The position numbers were made by a program, and so were the translations under genes. From positions 16,710 to 80,709 of the forward strand of contig JAHFHF010000002.1 in assembly GCA_023247055.1 (NCBI GenBank): DNA of 64,000 nucleotides. The letters run 5' to 3'. Source of the DNA: Candidatus Omnitrophota bacterium. Lineage in GTDB: Bacteria > Omnitrophota > Omnitrophia > Omnitrophales > Aquincolibacteriaceae. The notes under the pieces were generated by a model. That model saw only the letters and a program-made list of their open reading frames with translations, was not told where the DNA came from and ran no database searches. Shown here in pieces: positions 1 to 9,135 of the stretch (positions within the stretch are counted from its first letter, which is position 1; each line of letters begins with the position of its first letter).

Positions 1-298
1 CTGCGGTTTGGCGGATGATAGCTTTCTTTCTTTCCATTTTGAGCGTCTTGATCTTGTTCACCTGTTCATCGCTCAGTCCCAAGGCCTTTTGATGATCCAC
101 AAAAAAATGCGCTTTTTTCATGAACATCTCAACCAGCGGGCAGCCCCCTGAGGCTTTGCCGCAGTCACCGTGATCACAGCCGCTTTTTCTCAGGGAGCAT
201 TGCCCGTGTTTGCAGCCGCCGTGGTTGGCAAAAACAGGCGCCGCCGCCAGGGGCAATGCCAGAAGAGTCAAAATTAAAAAAGCGTATAATTTTTTCAT
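1..298 (-). CDS. Partial secreted protein with a His/Cys/Gly-rich N-terminal segment and an LTxxQ-like motif (CpxP/Spy/ZraP-like periplasmic protein); the C-terminus lies outside the window
   Basis: Minus-strand ATG at 298-296 preceded by GGAGGTG; signal peptide MKKLYAFLILTLLALPLAAAPVFA; then NHGGCKHGQCSLRKSGCDHGDCGKASGGC; then LGLSDEQVNKIKTL; the frame stays open to the window edge (not in the ORF track because there is no stop). Confidence 0.45.
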   Translation of the reverse strand, partial: MKKLYAFLILTLLALPLAAAPVFANHGGCKHGQCSLRKSGCDHGDCGKASGGCPLVEMFMKKAHFFVDHQKALGLSDEQVNKIKTLKMERKKAIIRQTA

Positions 299-415
299 AA
301 TGCACCTCCGGTTTCATTTAGAACTCATTTTCAAGATACGATTTGATATTAACGGCTGCTGGACTCAAAGTCAAAAGCCCTTTTTAAATTTACGCCATTT
401 TTACCTTTTTAAACC

Positions 416-462
416 CTGTTATCCCGCCTCAGCTTGGAAGCCAAGATACCAAACGGCGTAGC
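416..462. repeat. Diverged single copy of the 58-bp TGTCATTCCCGC repeat family
   Basis: ctgttatcccgcctcagcttggaagccaagatacc compared with tgtcattcccgcctctgcgtggaagccgagac at 21057. Confidence 0.4.
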
Positions 463-547
463 GGATTTTCCGAATTTTAATGGCGAACATGCGGGTTAAA
501 ATGACACGACAATGGTAGAATAGCAGTTCTTTAAAAAGGAGAACCTT

Positions 548-1120
548 ATGGCTGTCATTCCTGCCAATGAACTCAAGAAAAAACTTTATATTCTCGTAGA
601 AGGTATTCCTTATCTGGTGCTGGATGTCCAATTTGCATCCCCTTCCGCGCGCGGGGCCTCCACGATGGCCAAAGCCCGCCTGCGCAATCTTTTAAACGGC
701 TCCGTCCAGGACAAGAACTTTAAAACCAGTGAAAAATTCAATGAAGCGGATGTTGAAAAAGTTCCGGCTGCTTTCCTCTATGCGGCGGAGCCGGATTATC
801 ATTTCATGGATAATGTCACCTATGAGCAGTTTGCCCTGAGCGCAGACAAACTCGACGAACAGCGGCTTTATCTGAAAGAAGGGCTGGAAGTGCAGGCCTT
901 AAAATTTAACGGCGCGGTTGTTTCGCTTGAATTACCCGCCGTAGTAGAACTTGCGATTTTGGAAACCGAACCGTCCATCAAAGGCACTTCTTCATCGGGC
1001 CGGTCAACTAAACGCGCGAAACTCGAAACCGGCCTTGAAGTCCAAGTGCCGCTCTACATTGAGCCCGGCACGATTGTGCGCGTCAACACACAGACCGGCG
1101 AAGTTTCAGGAAGGGCTTAA
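548..1120 (+). CDS. efp: Elongation factor P
   Basis: 190 aa; KOW/OB architecture; the conserved loop GASTMAKARLRNLLNG aligns with the EF-P beta-lysylation loop; RBS AAGGAGAA upstream; TAA stop. Confidence 0.93.
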   Translation: MAVIPANELKKKLYILVEGIPYLVLDVQFASPSARGASTMAKARLRNLLNGSVQDKNFKTSEKFNEADVEKVPAAFLYAAEPDYHFMDNVTYEQFALSADKLDEQRLYLKEGLEVQALKFNGAVVSLELPAVVELAILETEPSIKGTSSSGRSTKRAKLETGLEVQVPLYIEPGTIVRVNTQTGEVSGRA

Positions 1121-1215
1121 AAACGTTGTTTACGGATGCTTTCCTTATGCGTCCGAGGCAGCGCACCTGCGCAACAAACGTAAGGGCGAAGTGAGCGGTC
1201 GAACTTAAACGTAGG

Positions 1216-1237
1216 GGCCGGTTCTAAACCGGCCTTT
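1216..1237 (+). terminator. Rho-independent terminator hairpin between the convergent efp and desaturase genes
   Basis: ggccggtt-cta-aaccggcc (8-bp stem) followed by TTT; more GC hairpins at 1245-1285. Confidence 0.4.
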
Positions 1238-1264
1238 AGCACATAGCGGGTTATGAACCCGCCG

Positions 1265-2440
1265 CTACGCGGCAGCGGCGCTTAAGAGAATTTCGCGGAG
1301 TTGCAGCGGATGATACTGGATCAAGCGGGACCAGCGTTCGTAGGCCTCTTGAAAAACCCGTTGGGCTTCGCTGATTTTTTGCGCGGCCGCGGTTTTGAGT
1401 TCTTCGGAGTGCGCGGCCATTTGTCCGCGTACAAGCGCCCGGTAACTACGCACAGCCTCTTCCCAATGGGCCAGCGTTTCGCACACCCGGGCATGCTGCA
1501 GCGCAAGCTGCTCCAGCGGTTTTACCATCAAAGAATTGGCGCCTGAATTCGTCAGCGAATGGCGCGTGCTTAAATTCTCACCGGCCAGCCGCGCTTCAAG
1601 AATGCGGAAACGCGACGTGCGTTTTAAATCCCAGGCCATGCCCAAATGCGAAATGATGCGGATTAGCCATTTGCTGGGGTCGAAATCAAACCAGCGCACG
1701 CCATTGCGGTAATCCACGGGGAACTTGTGGTGAAAATTATGATACCCTTCGCCAAAGGTGATGAGCGCCACAAGCCAATGGTCTTTGGCTGTCGCATCGA
1801 CGTCATAGGTGGCTTTACCAAACATGTGGCAGACCGAATTAATACAAAAGGTCGCATGATAAACAAAAGTCAGACGCAGGCAGACGGCGAATAAAAAAGC
1901 GCTAAGCGCCTGCCCAAAACAGGCCCCGATTAGCACCGGTGTAAGAATACCGGCCGTCACGGCCCAGACCCCGTAATAACGGTCTTGATGCATGATCATC
2001 GGGTCTTTTTGAAGATCCAGCGCATTTTCAAAATGAAACGGATGTTTCCAGAAAACCAGCCAGCCGATATGCGCATACCAAAATCCCTTTTTAATACTGT
2101 AGGGGTCCCGGTCCGTATCGACGTAACGGTGGTGATCACGGTGTTGAGACGACCATCTCAAAGCTGACTGCTCAAAAGCCGCAGCGCCAAAAAATAAAAA
2201 TAAAAACCGGATAAGGCCATTGGCTTTGTACGTGGTGTGAGCAAAAAGCCGGTGGTAGCCCGCCGTAATTCCCATGCCCGTGGCCGCGACATAAAAAAGA
2301 AAAAGTCCGGTATCCAGCGTGGAAAGATCGTAATGAGCCAGATACCACGGGCAGCCAATCAATGCAGCCAGTGTTGTGACTGCAAAGAAAACCAGATTAA
2401 GCCAAATAATTTTTTTTGTAGAATGGGTCTGTGTTTGCAT
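1265..2440 (-). CDS. Acyl-CoA (delta-9-type) fatty-acid desaturase with a roughly 110-aa helical C-terminal extension
   Basis: Histidine boxes HRLFAH, HRDHH and HNFHH; four TM segments; the C-terminal 110 aa are charged, helical and Ala/Glu/Arg-rich. Confidence 0.85.
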   Translation of the reverse strand: MQTQTHSTKKIIWLNLVFFAVTTLAALIGCPWYLAHYDLSTLDTGLFLFYVAATGMGITAGYHRLFAHTTYKANGLIRFLFLFFGAAAFEQSALRWSSQHRDHHRYVDTDRDPYSIKKGFWYAHIGWLVFWKHPFHFENALDLQKDPMIMHQDRYYGVWAVTAGILTPVLIGACFGQALSAFLFAVCLRLTFVYHATFCINSVCHMFGKATYDVDATAKDHWLVALITFGEGYHNFHHKFPVDYRNGVRWFDFDPSKWLIRIISHLGMAWDLKRTSRFRILEARLAGENLSTRHSLTNSGANSLMVKPLEQLALQHARVCETLAHWEEAVRSYRALVRGQMAAHSEELKTAAAQKISEAQRVFQEAYERWSRLIQYHPLQLREILLSAAAA

Positions 2441-2518
2441 AAAAGGCTTCTGAAACTCCTCCTGACAAAGTATACCCTTTGGGTAAGCGGTCCGTATCTG
2501 CCGGACGCAACATATTCT

Positions 2519-2658
2519 AACTTGAGTTTGGCACTTTTCCCTCTCCCCTGTGGGGAGAGGGTTAGGGTGAGGGGAAATTCAAGCGATCATCCCCCTCATC
2601 CTGACCTTCTCCCCCAAGGGGGAAGAAGGAATTCCTGAAAAATGCCAAACTCGAGTTA
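2519..2658. repeat. GC-rich multi-hairpin module bracketed by a roughly 20-bp inverted repeat
   Basis: Arms ctaacttgagtttggcactttt (2519-2538) and aaaaatgccaaactcgagtt (2637-2656); inner perfect hairpin ccctctcccc-tgt-ggggagaggg (2539-2561); gggtgagggg/ccccctcatcc; cttctccccc-aa-gggggaagaag (2606-2628). Confidence 0.5.
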
Positions 2659-2722
2659 TAACTTAAGGTATTATATCGAGTTATATTAAATAACGGCAGC
2701 CAGAAGGTAAAAATTCAAAAAA

Positions 2723-3211
2723 TTACGCTTGCAGCAAACTCCGCAGCATCCAAGCAGTTTTTTCATGCACCTGCATACGCTGGGTCAATAGTTCGATCGT
2801 GACTTGGTCGTCGGCTTTTTCAGCCAGCGGGAAAACGCCTCGGGCCGTCTTGATGACCGCCTCATGACCTGAGACGAGAGAACGGATCATATCTTCCGCT
2901 TTTACGGGTCCTTTATCTTCCTTGATTGAACTTAAAGCCACGAACTCAGCATACGTCCCCGGCGCCGGCAGCCCTAACGCACGAATCCGTTCGGCAATCA
3001 AATCCACGGCCGTCCAAAGTTCATTGTAATGCTGTTCAAACATCAAATGCAGCGTCTGAAACATAGGCCCGGTGACATTCCAATGAAAATTATGTGTTTT
3101 TAAATAAAGTGTATAAGTATCTGCCAATAAATGGGATACGCCCTGCGCAATTTGCTTGCGTGATTTTTCCGCAATGCCAATGTCGATGGGAATGGATGAC
3201 GGGATGGCCAT
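2723..3211 (-). CDS. dps: Dps (DNA protection during starvation), ferritin-like
   Basis: 162 aa; ferritin-like four-helix bundle with ferroxidase His/Asp/Glu residues (HNFHW...[13 protein letters not shown]); RBS AGAGG. Confidence 0.88.
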   Translation of the reverse strand: MAIPSSIPIDIGIAEKSRKQIAQGVSHLLADTYTLYLKTHNFHWNVTGPMFQTLHLMFEQHYNELWTAVDLIAERIRALGLPAPGTYAEFVALSSIKEDKGPVKAEDMIRSLVSGHEAVIKTARGVFPLAEKADDQVTIELLTQRMQVHEKTAWMLRSLLQA

Positions 3212-3412
3212 GTGTGAGAACCTCTTTCGCTTCTTGAATGCTTTATTATACTATAAAAACTCCTATAAAGACGTATCTTTTCTAAACCAGGATCATGCCA
3301 TCCTTAACGGTGAGCATTACGGCTTCAACGCATTTGTCACGCGCCACGCGGCGATTGAACTTCCGTAAAAAAACTTAAGCCTAGGCTAACGCCGGTTGCT
3401 ATAATCCGTGCC

Positions 3413-4135
3413 GTGAAAATAAGCCTGCCCTTTGCTCATCTCCGGCGGCGTGAAATGGAACCTGAGGTCATGGATGATCCGGCGCTGGATGCCGGTTTGC
3501 ATGAAGAGGCTTTGGCCCAGCTGCGCAGAATTTTTTGGCTCAGCCGCACGGCCCAGCCTGTCTGGGATATCCTTGAACGTTTCAGCCGCGAAAAAAATCT
3601 TATGCCCCTGCGCGGCATTGACATCGGAACCGGCGGCGGCGATCTGCCGCTGGCCATTACCCAAAAAGCAAATTTGTGTAAAATTCCGTTGACTCTCGAC
3701 GGTGCCGACATCAGCGCAACGGCTCTGAATTGCGCTTCGCAAAATGCGCAGCGTAAAAAACTCAGCGTCCGGTTCATTAAGTTCGATATTAAAAGCGGCG
3801 GCATTCCTGCGCATTATGATTTTCTGGTCTCAAGTCTTTTCCTGCACCACCTGACGCCTGAAGAAATCGGCTCGTTTTTCAAAATCCTGCAAACTTCAAA
3901 TTTGAAACTCGCTATTTTTACGGACTTATTGCGCTCCATTCCCGGCTGGCTTCTGGCCCATCTCACAACCTGGACCCTGACTCCCTCGCCCGTTGTCAAG
4001 AAAGACGCGCTGCTTTCGGTCAAAGCAGCCTATACCCTGGACGAAATCTGTGAAATAGCCCGGGAATCGGGCCTTTCCAAGATTGAGTTGAAAAAAATCT
4101 GGCCGGAGCGATTTTTGCTGGTCTGGAAACGTTGA
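3413..4135 (+). CDS. Class I SAM-dependent methyltransferase
   Basis: Motif I DIGTGGGDLPL; a TATAAT box sits at 3400-3405, so the true start may be the ATG at 3455 (MEPEVMDD); the stop overlaps the next start (TTGA). Confidence 0.7.
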   Translation: MKISLPFAHLRRREMEPEVMDDPALDAGLHEEALAQLRRIFWLSRTAQPVWDILERFSREKNLMPLRGIDIGTGGGDLPLAITQKANLCKIPLTLDGADISATALNCASQNAQRKKLSVRFIKFDIKSGGIPAHYDFLVSSLFLHHLTPEEIGSFFKILQTSNLKLAIFTDLLRSIPGWLLAHLTTWTLTPSPVVKKDALLSVKAAYTLDEICEIARESGLSKIELKKIWPERFLLVWKR

Positions 4136-5307
4136 AGTCCCGCTGGGAAGTCATCGTCATTGGGGCAGGGCCAGCCGGCGCCATGACCGCTTTCCGGCTG
4201 GCCCGTTCCGGTGTCCGCGTCCTGCTCGTCGACAAAGCTGCCTTCCCCCGTGTCAAAGTCTGCGGCAGCTGTTTAAATGCGCGCGCGCTGCGAGAATTAA
4301 AAAATGCCGGCCTCGGCCACTTAACAGTCATAGAAAAAGCACTGCGCCTTGAAACTTTTACTTGGATGCGCGGCGGCCGCAGGCTGCGGATTCCGCTCAG
4401 CGCAGAAGTGGGCCTTTCACGGGAGCGGCTTGACCAGCGGCTTGTTTTGGAGGCTTGCTCTGCAGGCGCAGAGTTTTGGGATAATGCTTCAGCAACGGTT
4501 GAAACTGCGGAGGCCGGCGCTATTTTTCCGAGGAAATCTTCATCAACGGACGGCTGCATCCGTGTGCATGTGCAAACCCCGCAGAAAAATTTCGTTCTTG
4601 AGACGGAGATGGCCGTTATTGCCGGCGGACTCCAAGGCGGGATTCTTAAAAATGTTCCGGAAAATATCCGGGTTGAAAAAAATTCTTATCTCGGAGCCGG
4701 CACACTTTTGCACAACGGCACAGCAGCCTACCCTGCCGGAACATTGTTTATGGCGACGGCCTCGCAAGGCTACTGCGGACTAGTGCGGCTGGAAGACGGC
4801 CGGTTGAATATGGCCGCCGCTTTTTCCGCGCAGGCGCTGAGTCATGAAAAAAGAATACCGGCGGTTATTGCCGGTATTCTGCGCGAGGCGGGCGCGGACA
4901 TTCCGGAAGGCCTGGAACATGCGGCTTGGAAAGGCACCCCTAAACTGTCACGTTACTGCCGCAATCCTGCGGGCAGGCGTTATTTTGCTTTGGGCGATGC
5001 CGCTGGCTATATCGAACCGTTTACAGGCGAGGGCATTTATTGGGCTTTGGCCCAGGCGCGTTTACTGACCGATTTGATGAAGCCGCATGCGTTTCGGTGG
5101 CACGAGTCCTTGGCAGATGAATGGAAAAAAATTCATTCGGCGTTTCTATGTCAAGAAACACGGACCTGCCGTGCCGTCACGCCGCTTTTGCGTTCGTCTT
5201 TTTGGTCCGCGCAGACGTTCGCGCTTTTTGAACGGTTTCCACGGCTGGCAGCATGGACGGCGCGCCGTTTGAACGGCGCGGTGCGGTTTATTGACGGATC
5301 AGCTTGA
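4132..5307 (+). CDS. FAD-dependent oxidoreductase, geranylgeranyl-reductase (FixC/ChlP) family
   Basis: N-terminal VIVIGAGPAGAMTA dinucleotide fold and FPRVKVCGSC motif; TTG start overlapping the upstream TGA. Confidence 0.7.
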   Translation: MKSRWEVIVIGAGPAGAMTAFRLARSGVRVLLVDKAAFPRVKVCGSCLNARALRELKNAGLGHLTVIEKALRLETFTWMRGGRRLRIPLSAEVGLSRERLDQRLVLEACSAGAEFWDNASATVETAEAGAIFPRKSSSTDGCIRVHVQTPQKNFVLETEMAVIAGGLQGGILKNVPENIRVEKNSYLGAGTLLHNGTAAYPAGTLFMATASQGYCGLVRLEDGRLNMAAAFSAQALSHEKRIPAVIAGILREAGADIPEGLEHAAWKGTPKLSRYCRNPAGRRYFALGDAAGYIEPFTGEGIYWALAQARLLTDLMKPHAFRWHESLADEWKKIHSAFLCQETRTCRAVTPLLRSSFWSAQTFALFERFPRLAAWTARRLNGAVRFIDGSA

Positions 5308-5611
5308 GGGTCATCGAAGCGCCATTGCTCCAGGGCCAGAGCATGGCCATTTCGGAGCGGCTGTTCTGCAGGCGGTAGTAAAGAACTTGGTTGCCTTGAA
5401 CGCCGCCGTAGGCTTTGCTGTATTTCGTAGCATCCGCCGAGGGCGGTTTGCCCTCGGGTTTGAGCGGCGGACCAAAGCAGGATTCCAGCAGGCCGTTCAA
5501 CGCAACCAGATTCGCGGCGCCAAAAACCGCTTCGCAATAATCAGCTTCACGCGCACGCTTTTCCTCGCACGGAATTTTTTGCACCTGCTCGAGCAAATCT
5601 TCGAAAGTCAT
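5288..5611 (-). CDS. Hypothetical 107-aa protein
   Basis: ORF directly downstream of a small lipoprotein ORF (10-nt gap); no recognisable motif. Confidence 0.35.
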   Translation of the reverse strand: MTFEDLLEQVQKIPCEEKRAREADYCEAVFGAANLVALNGLLESCFGPPLKPEGKPPSADATKYSKAYGGVQGNQVLYYRLQNSRSEMAMLWPWSNGASMTLKLIRQ

Positions 5612-5620
5612 GCCTGCATT

Positions 5621-5784
5621 CTAAGCTTTGTCCTTTTCAACAACAACGACTTTCGGATTGTCATCTTCGAGAGCTTCATCCACCGCAACACCGGTTGCCG
5701 CTCCCGCGCCAAACCAGGCTGCCGCGCAGCCGGAATGGATCAAAATCACCGCCAGTAGAATCAGCGTTTGAATTTTTGCTTTCA
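5621..5784 (-). CDS. Small (54 aa) putative lipoprotein with a Gly/Ala-zipper segment
   Basis: ATG at 5784 with RBS AAGGGGGGAAGAGA; MKAKIQTLILLAVILIHSGC-AAAWFGAGAATGVAVDE...; below the 60-aa cutoff of the ORF track. Confidence 0.4.
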
Positions 5785-5958
5785 TAGTCTCTTCCCCCCT
5801 TTTATCCGACGCGCCATCGTAGAGGGCCTGCAGGAAGCTTGCTATAGGGCCATCCCTTAGAAAAGATTAGGTTAAGGCCGGATGGCTGGAGGTTGAAAGG
5901 CGGCTTTTAATAAGCCTGGTTTTATTTTAAGCATTTCACAAAATTAAGGGAGGGTGTT

Positions 5959-6876
5959 ATGAGACAGGCATTTCTACACGAACAAGAAGCGGCCGCTGAG
6001 CGCCCGGTCGACCTTTGGCGCGAAAGCGGATTTCATTCGACCATTCGCTGGGGAGCCGTTTTTGGAGGCTGGCTGGTTGCAACGGCAGTCGCGCTGCTGC
6101 TTTATGCTGTCGGTCTCAGCCTTGGAATCGGAACGATCAGCGCCGCGGATGCGGAGATTTTCAGTAAAAAAGTAGTCGTCATTTCCGGAGTTTGGATGCT
6201 GATCACCTGGCTTACGGCGCTTTACTTCGGGGGCTATTTTACAAGCGCGGCCTCCAAAGATCTCGCCTGGAACAATGTCGTGCCGCAGGCCGTTTTAGTC
6301 TGGGCCTTGTCGAATATTCTGACAATTCTGGTCGGCGTCACCAGCGTTGGCGCGACCGGCATCACGGGCACACTGGCCGCAGGCGAAGCCGTCGGAGGCA
6401 TCGGCGCAGGCTTAACCGCTTCCTCCTCTTTTACGGCCGGCCAAGCGGCGGATATCAGCGGTAGAAGCGTTGCCTCTTCGTTTCAAGCGGAATTGAAACG
6501 CACGATCGGCCGGACGATGGCCGGAAAATCGAATGATCCCCAGACTCTGCGGACAGCTGCTGAAGCGATCGACGCAAGAGCGCTTGCGGCTATTTCAACG
6601 GCTTTTTTAACCGGCGGACAAGAAGCCGCTGAAGACGCGCTGGCGGTGCACACTTCTCTCAGCCGCGCTGAAGCCGACCAGGTCACAAGCAATCTTGCTG
6701 CTGAAGCCCGTGAAGCCAGAACCAAAATCGAGGCTGCTAACGACAGGGCCGCCGCCTATACGGTTGCGGCTTTGTGGACAGCTATTGGGATCAGCTTATT
6801 ATCGCTTTGGACCGCGATTCAAGGGGCAAAACGAAGCGCAGCCCGGACTCTCACATCCGAGGCCTTCGCCTTATAA
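5959..6876 (+). CDS. Hypothetical membrane protein (about four N-terminal TM helices, Ala-rich C-terminal region)
   Basis: Strong RBS AAGGGAGGG; hydrophobic helices at residues 30-150; no enzyme motif. Confidence 0.5.
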   Translation: MRQAFLHEQEAAAERPVDLWRESGFHSTIRWGAVFGGWLVATAVALLLYAVGLSLGIGTISAADAEIFSKKVVVISGVWMLITWLTALYFGGYFTSAASKDLAWNNVVPQAVLVWALSNILTILVGVTSVGATGITGTLAAGEAVGGIGAGLTASSSFTAGQAADISGRSVASSFQAELKRTIGRTMAGKSNDPQTLRTAAEAIDARALAAISTAFLTGGQEAAEDALAVHTSLSRAEADQVTSNLAAEAREARTKIEAANDRAAAYTVAALWTAIGISLLSLWTAIQGAKRSAARTLTSEAFAL

Positions 6877-8092
6877 AATAAAACGCCGCTCCCAGTCCAA
6901 GCACAAGGCTGCCTGAAAGGACTGAGGAAAGCGGCAGGCTCAATGCCAGCAAAGCACAAGCCATAAACCCTGCAGCGGCCAGGCGGCGGGGGTGCTGGCG
7001 TTTTTGCGCAGGCAGCGTCCAGGCAGACGCATTCGTAATCGCATAATAACTCAGCACCGTGAATGCGCTAAAACCAATGACTTCACGAATATCTCCAAGA
7101 AAAATCAAAAGCCCGGTTAAAAGCCCAGCGGCAATCTCGGCGCGGTAAGGCGTTTTAAAGCGCGGATGCACAGCGGCAAACCAAACGGACAAATCTTTTT
7201 CAGCGGCCATGGCAAAAACGGTACGGCTGATTCCTAAAATCAGCGAAAGCAAAACTCCCAGCGCGGCAAAAACGGCTCCGATTTTGACAATAGGCGACAC
7301 GAAAGCAAAACGCCCCGCTTCAACCGCTTGGAGTAAAGGCGCATGGGCATGCGCCAGAGATGCGGGATTGATCGTAAGCAGCAGGCTCATCGTGACGATG
7401 AGATAGAGGGTCAAAACTGTTATGAGTGCAATCGCAATGGCTTTGGGAATAGTCCGGCGGGGTTTAAGAACCTCTTCCCCCAAAGTCGCGATGCGCGCGT
7501 ATCCGGCAAACGCAAAAAATAAAATGCCCGCAGCCTGCAAAATTCCATACGTGCCGCGGCCGCCCGCCGCCAGACGGTTCGGATCCGCCTGTCCGCCCCA
7601 AAGCAATGCGAACACGGCCACGGCCAGGGAACTCAGCACAACCACGAGTAAAACCCAGGTCATGCGCACTGTTTTTTGAATGCCGAAATAATTGACGGCG
7701 GTCAAAACAGCGACAGCCGCAAGAGCAAGAAGTTTGGCATGCGCCGGAAAAACATAAAAGCCAAACGTCAGGGCGGCCGCCGTGCAGCTGGCCAATTTGC
7801 CGGCGATAAATCCCCAGCCCGCAATCCAGCCCCAAAATGGATTGAGTTGTTTACGTCCGTAAACATACGTGCCGCCGGACTGCGGATAAAGTGCTGCTAA
7901 TTGCGCGGAAGAAGAGGCGTTGCAGTACGCGGCAAAAGCGGCGAGCAGCAGACTGACAAGAACGCCGGAGCCCGCAGACTCGATCGCAAAGCCGAGGGCG
8001 GCAAAAACGCCCGAGCCCAGCATGGCACCCAGCCCAAGGGCCGCAGCATCCGCCGTATTTAAACGCCGCGCTAAACGGCTTGGTTCATCCAT
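6851..8092 (-). CDS. APC-family amino-acid permease
   Basis: 413 aa; about 12 TM segments; N-terminal GLGAMLGSGVF motif typical of the APC superfamily. Confidence 0.82.
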   Translation of the reverse strand: MDEPSRLARRLNTADAAALGLGAMLGSGVFAALGFAIESAGSGVLVSLLLAAFAAYCNASSSAQLAALYPQSGGTYVYGRKQLNPFWGWIAGWGFIAGKLASCTAAALTFGFYVFPAHAKLLALAAVAVLTAVNYFGIQKTVRMTWVLLVVVLSSLAVAVFALLWGGQADPNRLAAGGRGTYGILQAAGILFFAFAGYARIATLGEEVLKPRRTIPKAIAIALITVLTLYLIVTMSLLLTINPASLAHAHAPLLQAVEAGRFAFVSPIVKIGAVFAALGVLLSLILGISRTVFAMAAEKDLSVWFAAVHPRFKTPYRAEIAAGLLTGLLIFLGDIREVIGFSAFTVLSYYAITNASAWTLPAQKRQHPRRLAAAGFMACALLALSLPLSSVLSGSLVLGLGAAFYFIRRRPRM

Positions 8093-8141
8093 ACACTAAA
8101 GACGGAGTTGTTTTTGGACAATCAGCGGTCCGAAAACAAGT

Positions 8142-9000
8142 TTAATGCGAAAAGGATGCGATCAGTGCAGGGGAAGTGCGTTTCAAATCCCACGCTAATC
8201 CTAAGCGCGAGAAAAGATAAATGATCCACTTGGAAGGATCCCAATGATACCAGCGAATTCCATTGCGGTAATCATTTGGAAAACGGTGATGAAAACTGTG
8301 ATAACCTTCGCCGTTGGTCAGGACTGCGCCCAGCCAATGATCGGTCGCGGATTCATTCTCATTGTAACGCCGGCTGCCGATCATGTGCGCATACGAATTG
8401 ATAAAAAATGCGGCATTCATCACCAGAAACATTCTCAAACACACGGCCATTAAAAATGCTCCGAGCAGATGCCCCGTCCAGTAACCGATCACAAGAGGCA
8501 AAAGAATGCCGCTCACGAGCGCCCAGAGGTCGTAATAGCGATGTTGATGCATGATGAGTTTGTCCTGCAACAAGTCTTTGACATTGTCCTGGTTGACGCT
8601 ATGTTTATAAAAAAGAATCCATCCGATGTGGCAATACCAAAAACCCCTTTTGGAATTGTGCGGGTCTTTATCCGTATCGGTAAACTGATGGTGCTGGCGG
8701 TGCTGGGAAGACCACTTCAGAGCGGATTCTTCGTACGTTGCAGCGCCGAAAAAAAGCAGTAAAAAGCGGACAACAGAATTCGTTTTGTAAGTGACGTGCG
8801 CGAAGAGACGGTGATAGCCAACGGTAATGGAGAGGCCTGTTGCAAAAAAATAGAATAAAAAAAGCGTCAGTTCCGGCGCCGAAAGGCCCCGGTGATAGAT
8901 ATACAGCGGGGTTCCGAAGACGCCGCAGCTGATCAAGACCGCAAATAAAACCACTCCCGCCCATTTGGTCTTGCGTTTTGGAAGGCCGTATTCTCCCATA
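8142..9000 (-). CDS. Acyl-CoA fatty-acid desaturase (second paralogue)
   Basis: HRLFAH, HRQHH and HSFHH boxes; start reassigned to the ATG at 9000 (MGEYGL), preceded by AGGAAGG; the longer track ORF (to 9098) is probably an over-extension. Confidence 0.85.
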
Positions 9001-9135
9001 TCACCACATCCTTCCTTAATTTTTTTAGTACTTTCAAGGGCCTTAACGCGGCAGCTTCTTAAAATAGCCGCATCATTCTGCGCTGAGAAACTCGACACAA
9101 TTTAGGGGTTGAAATAACTCCGGACAGAAATAATG

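Noticed and set aside
3230-3300. I considered a possible PerR/Fur-type operator in the AT-rich dps upstream region (ttattatactataaaaactcctataaag).
   Set aside because: The sequence is AT-rich with direct TATAAA repeats but has no convincing 7-1-7 inverted repeat. Only a plausible -10 (TATAAT on the minus strand) can be supported.
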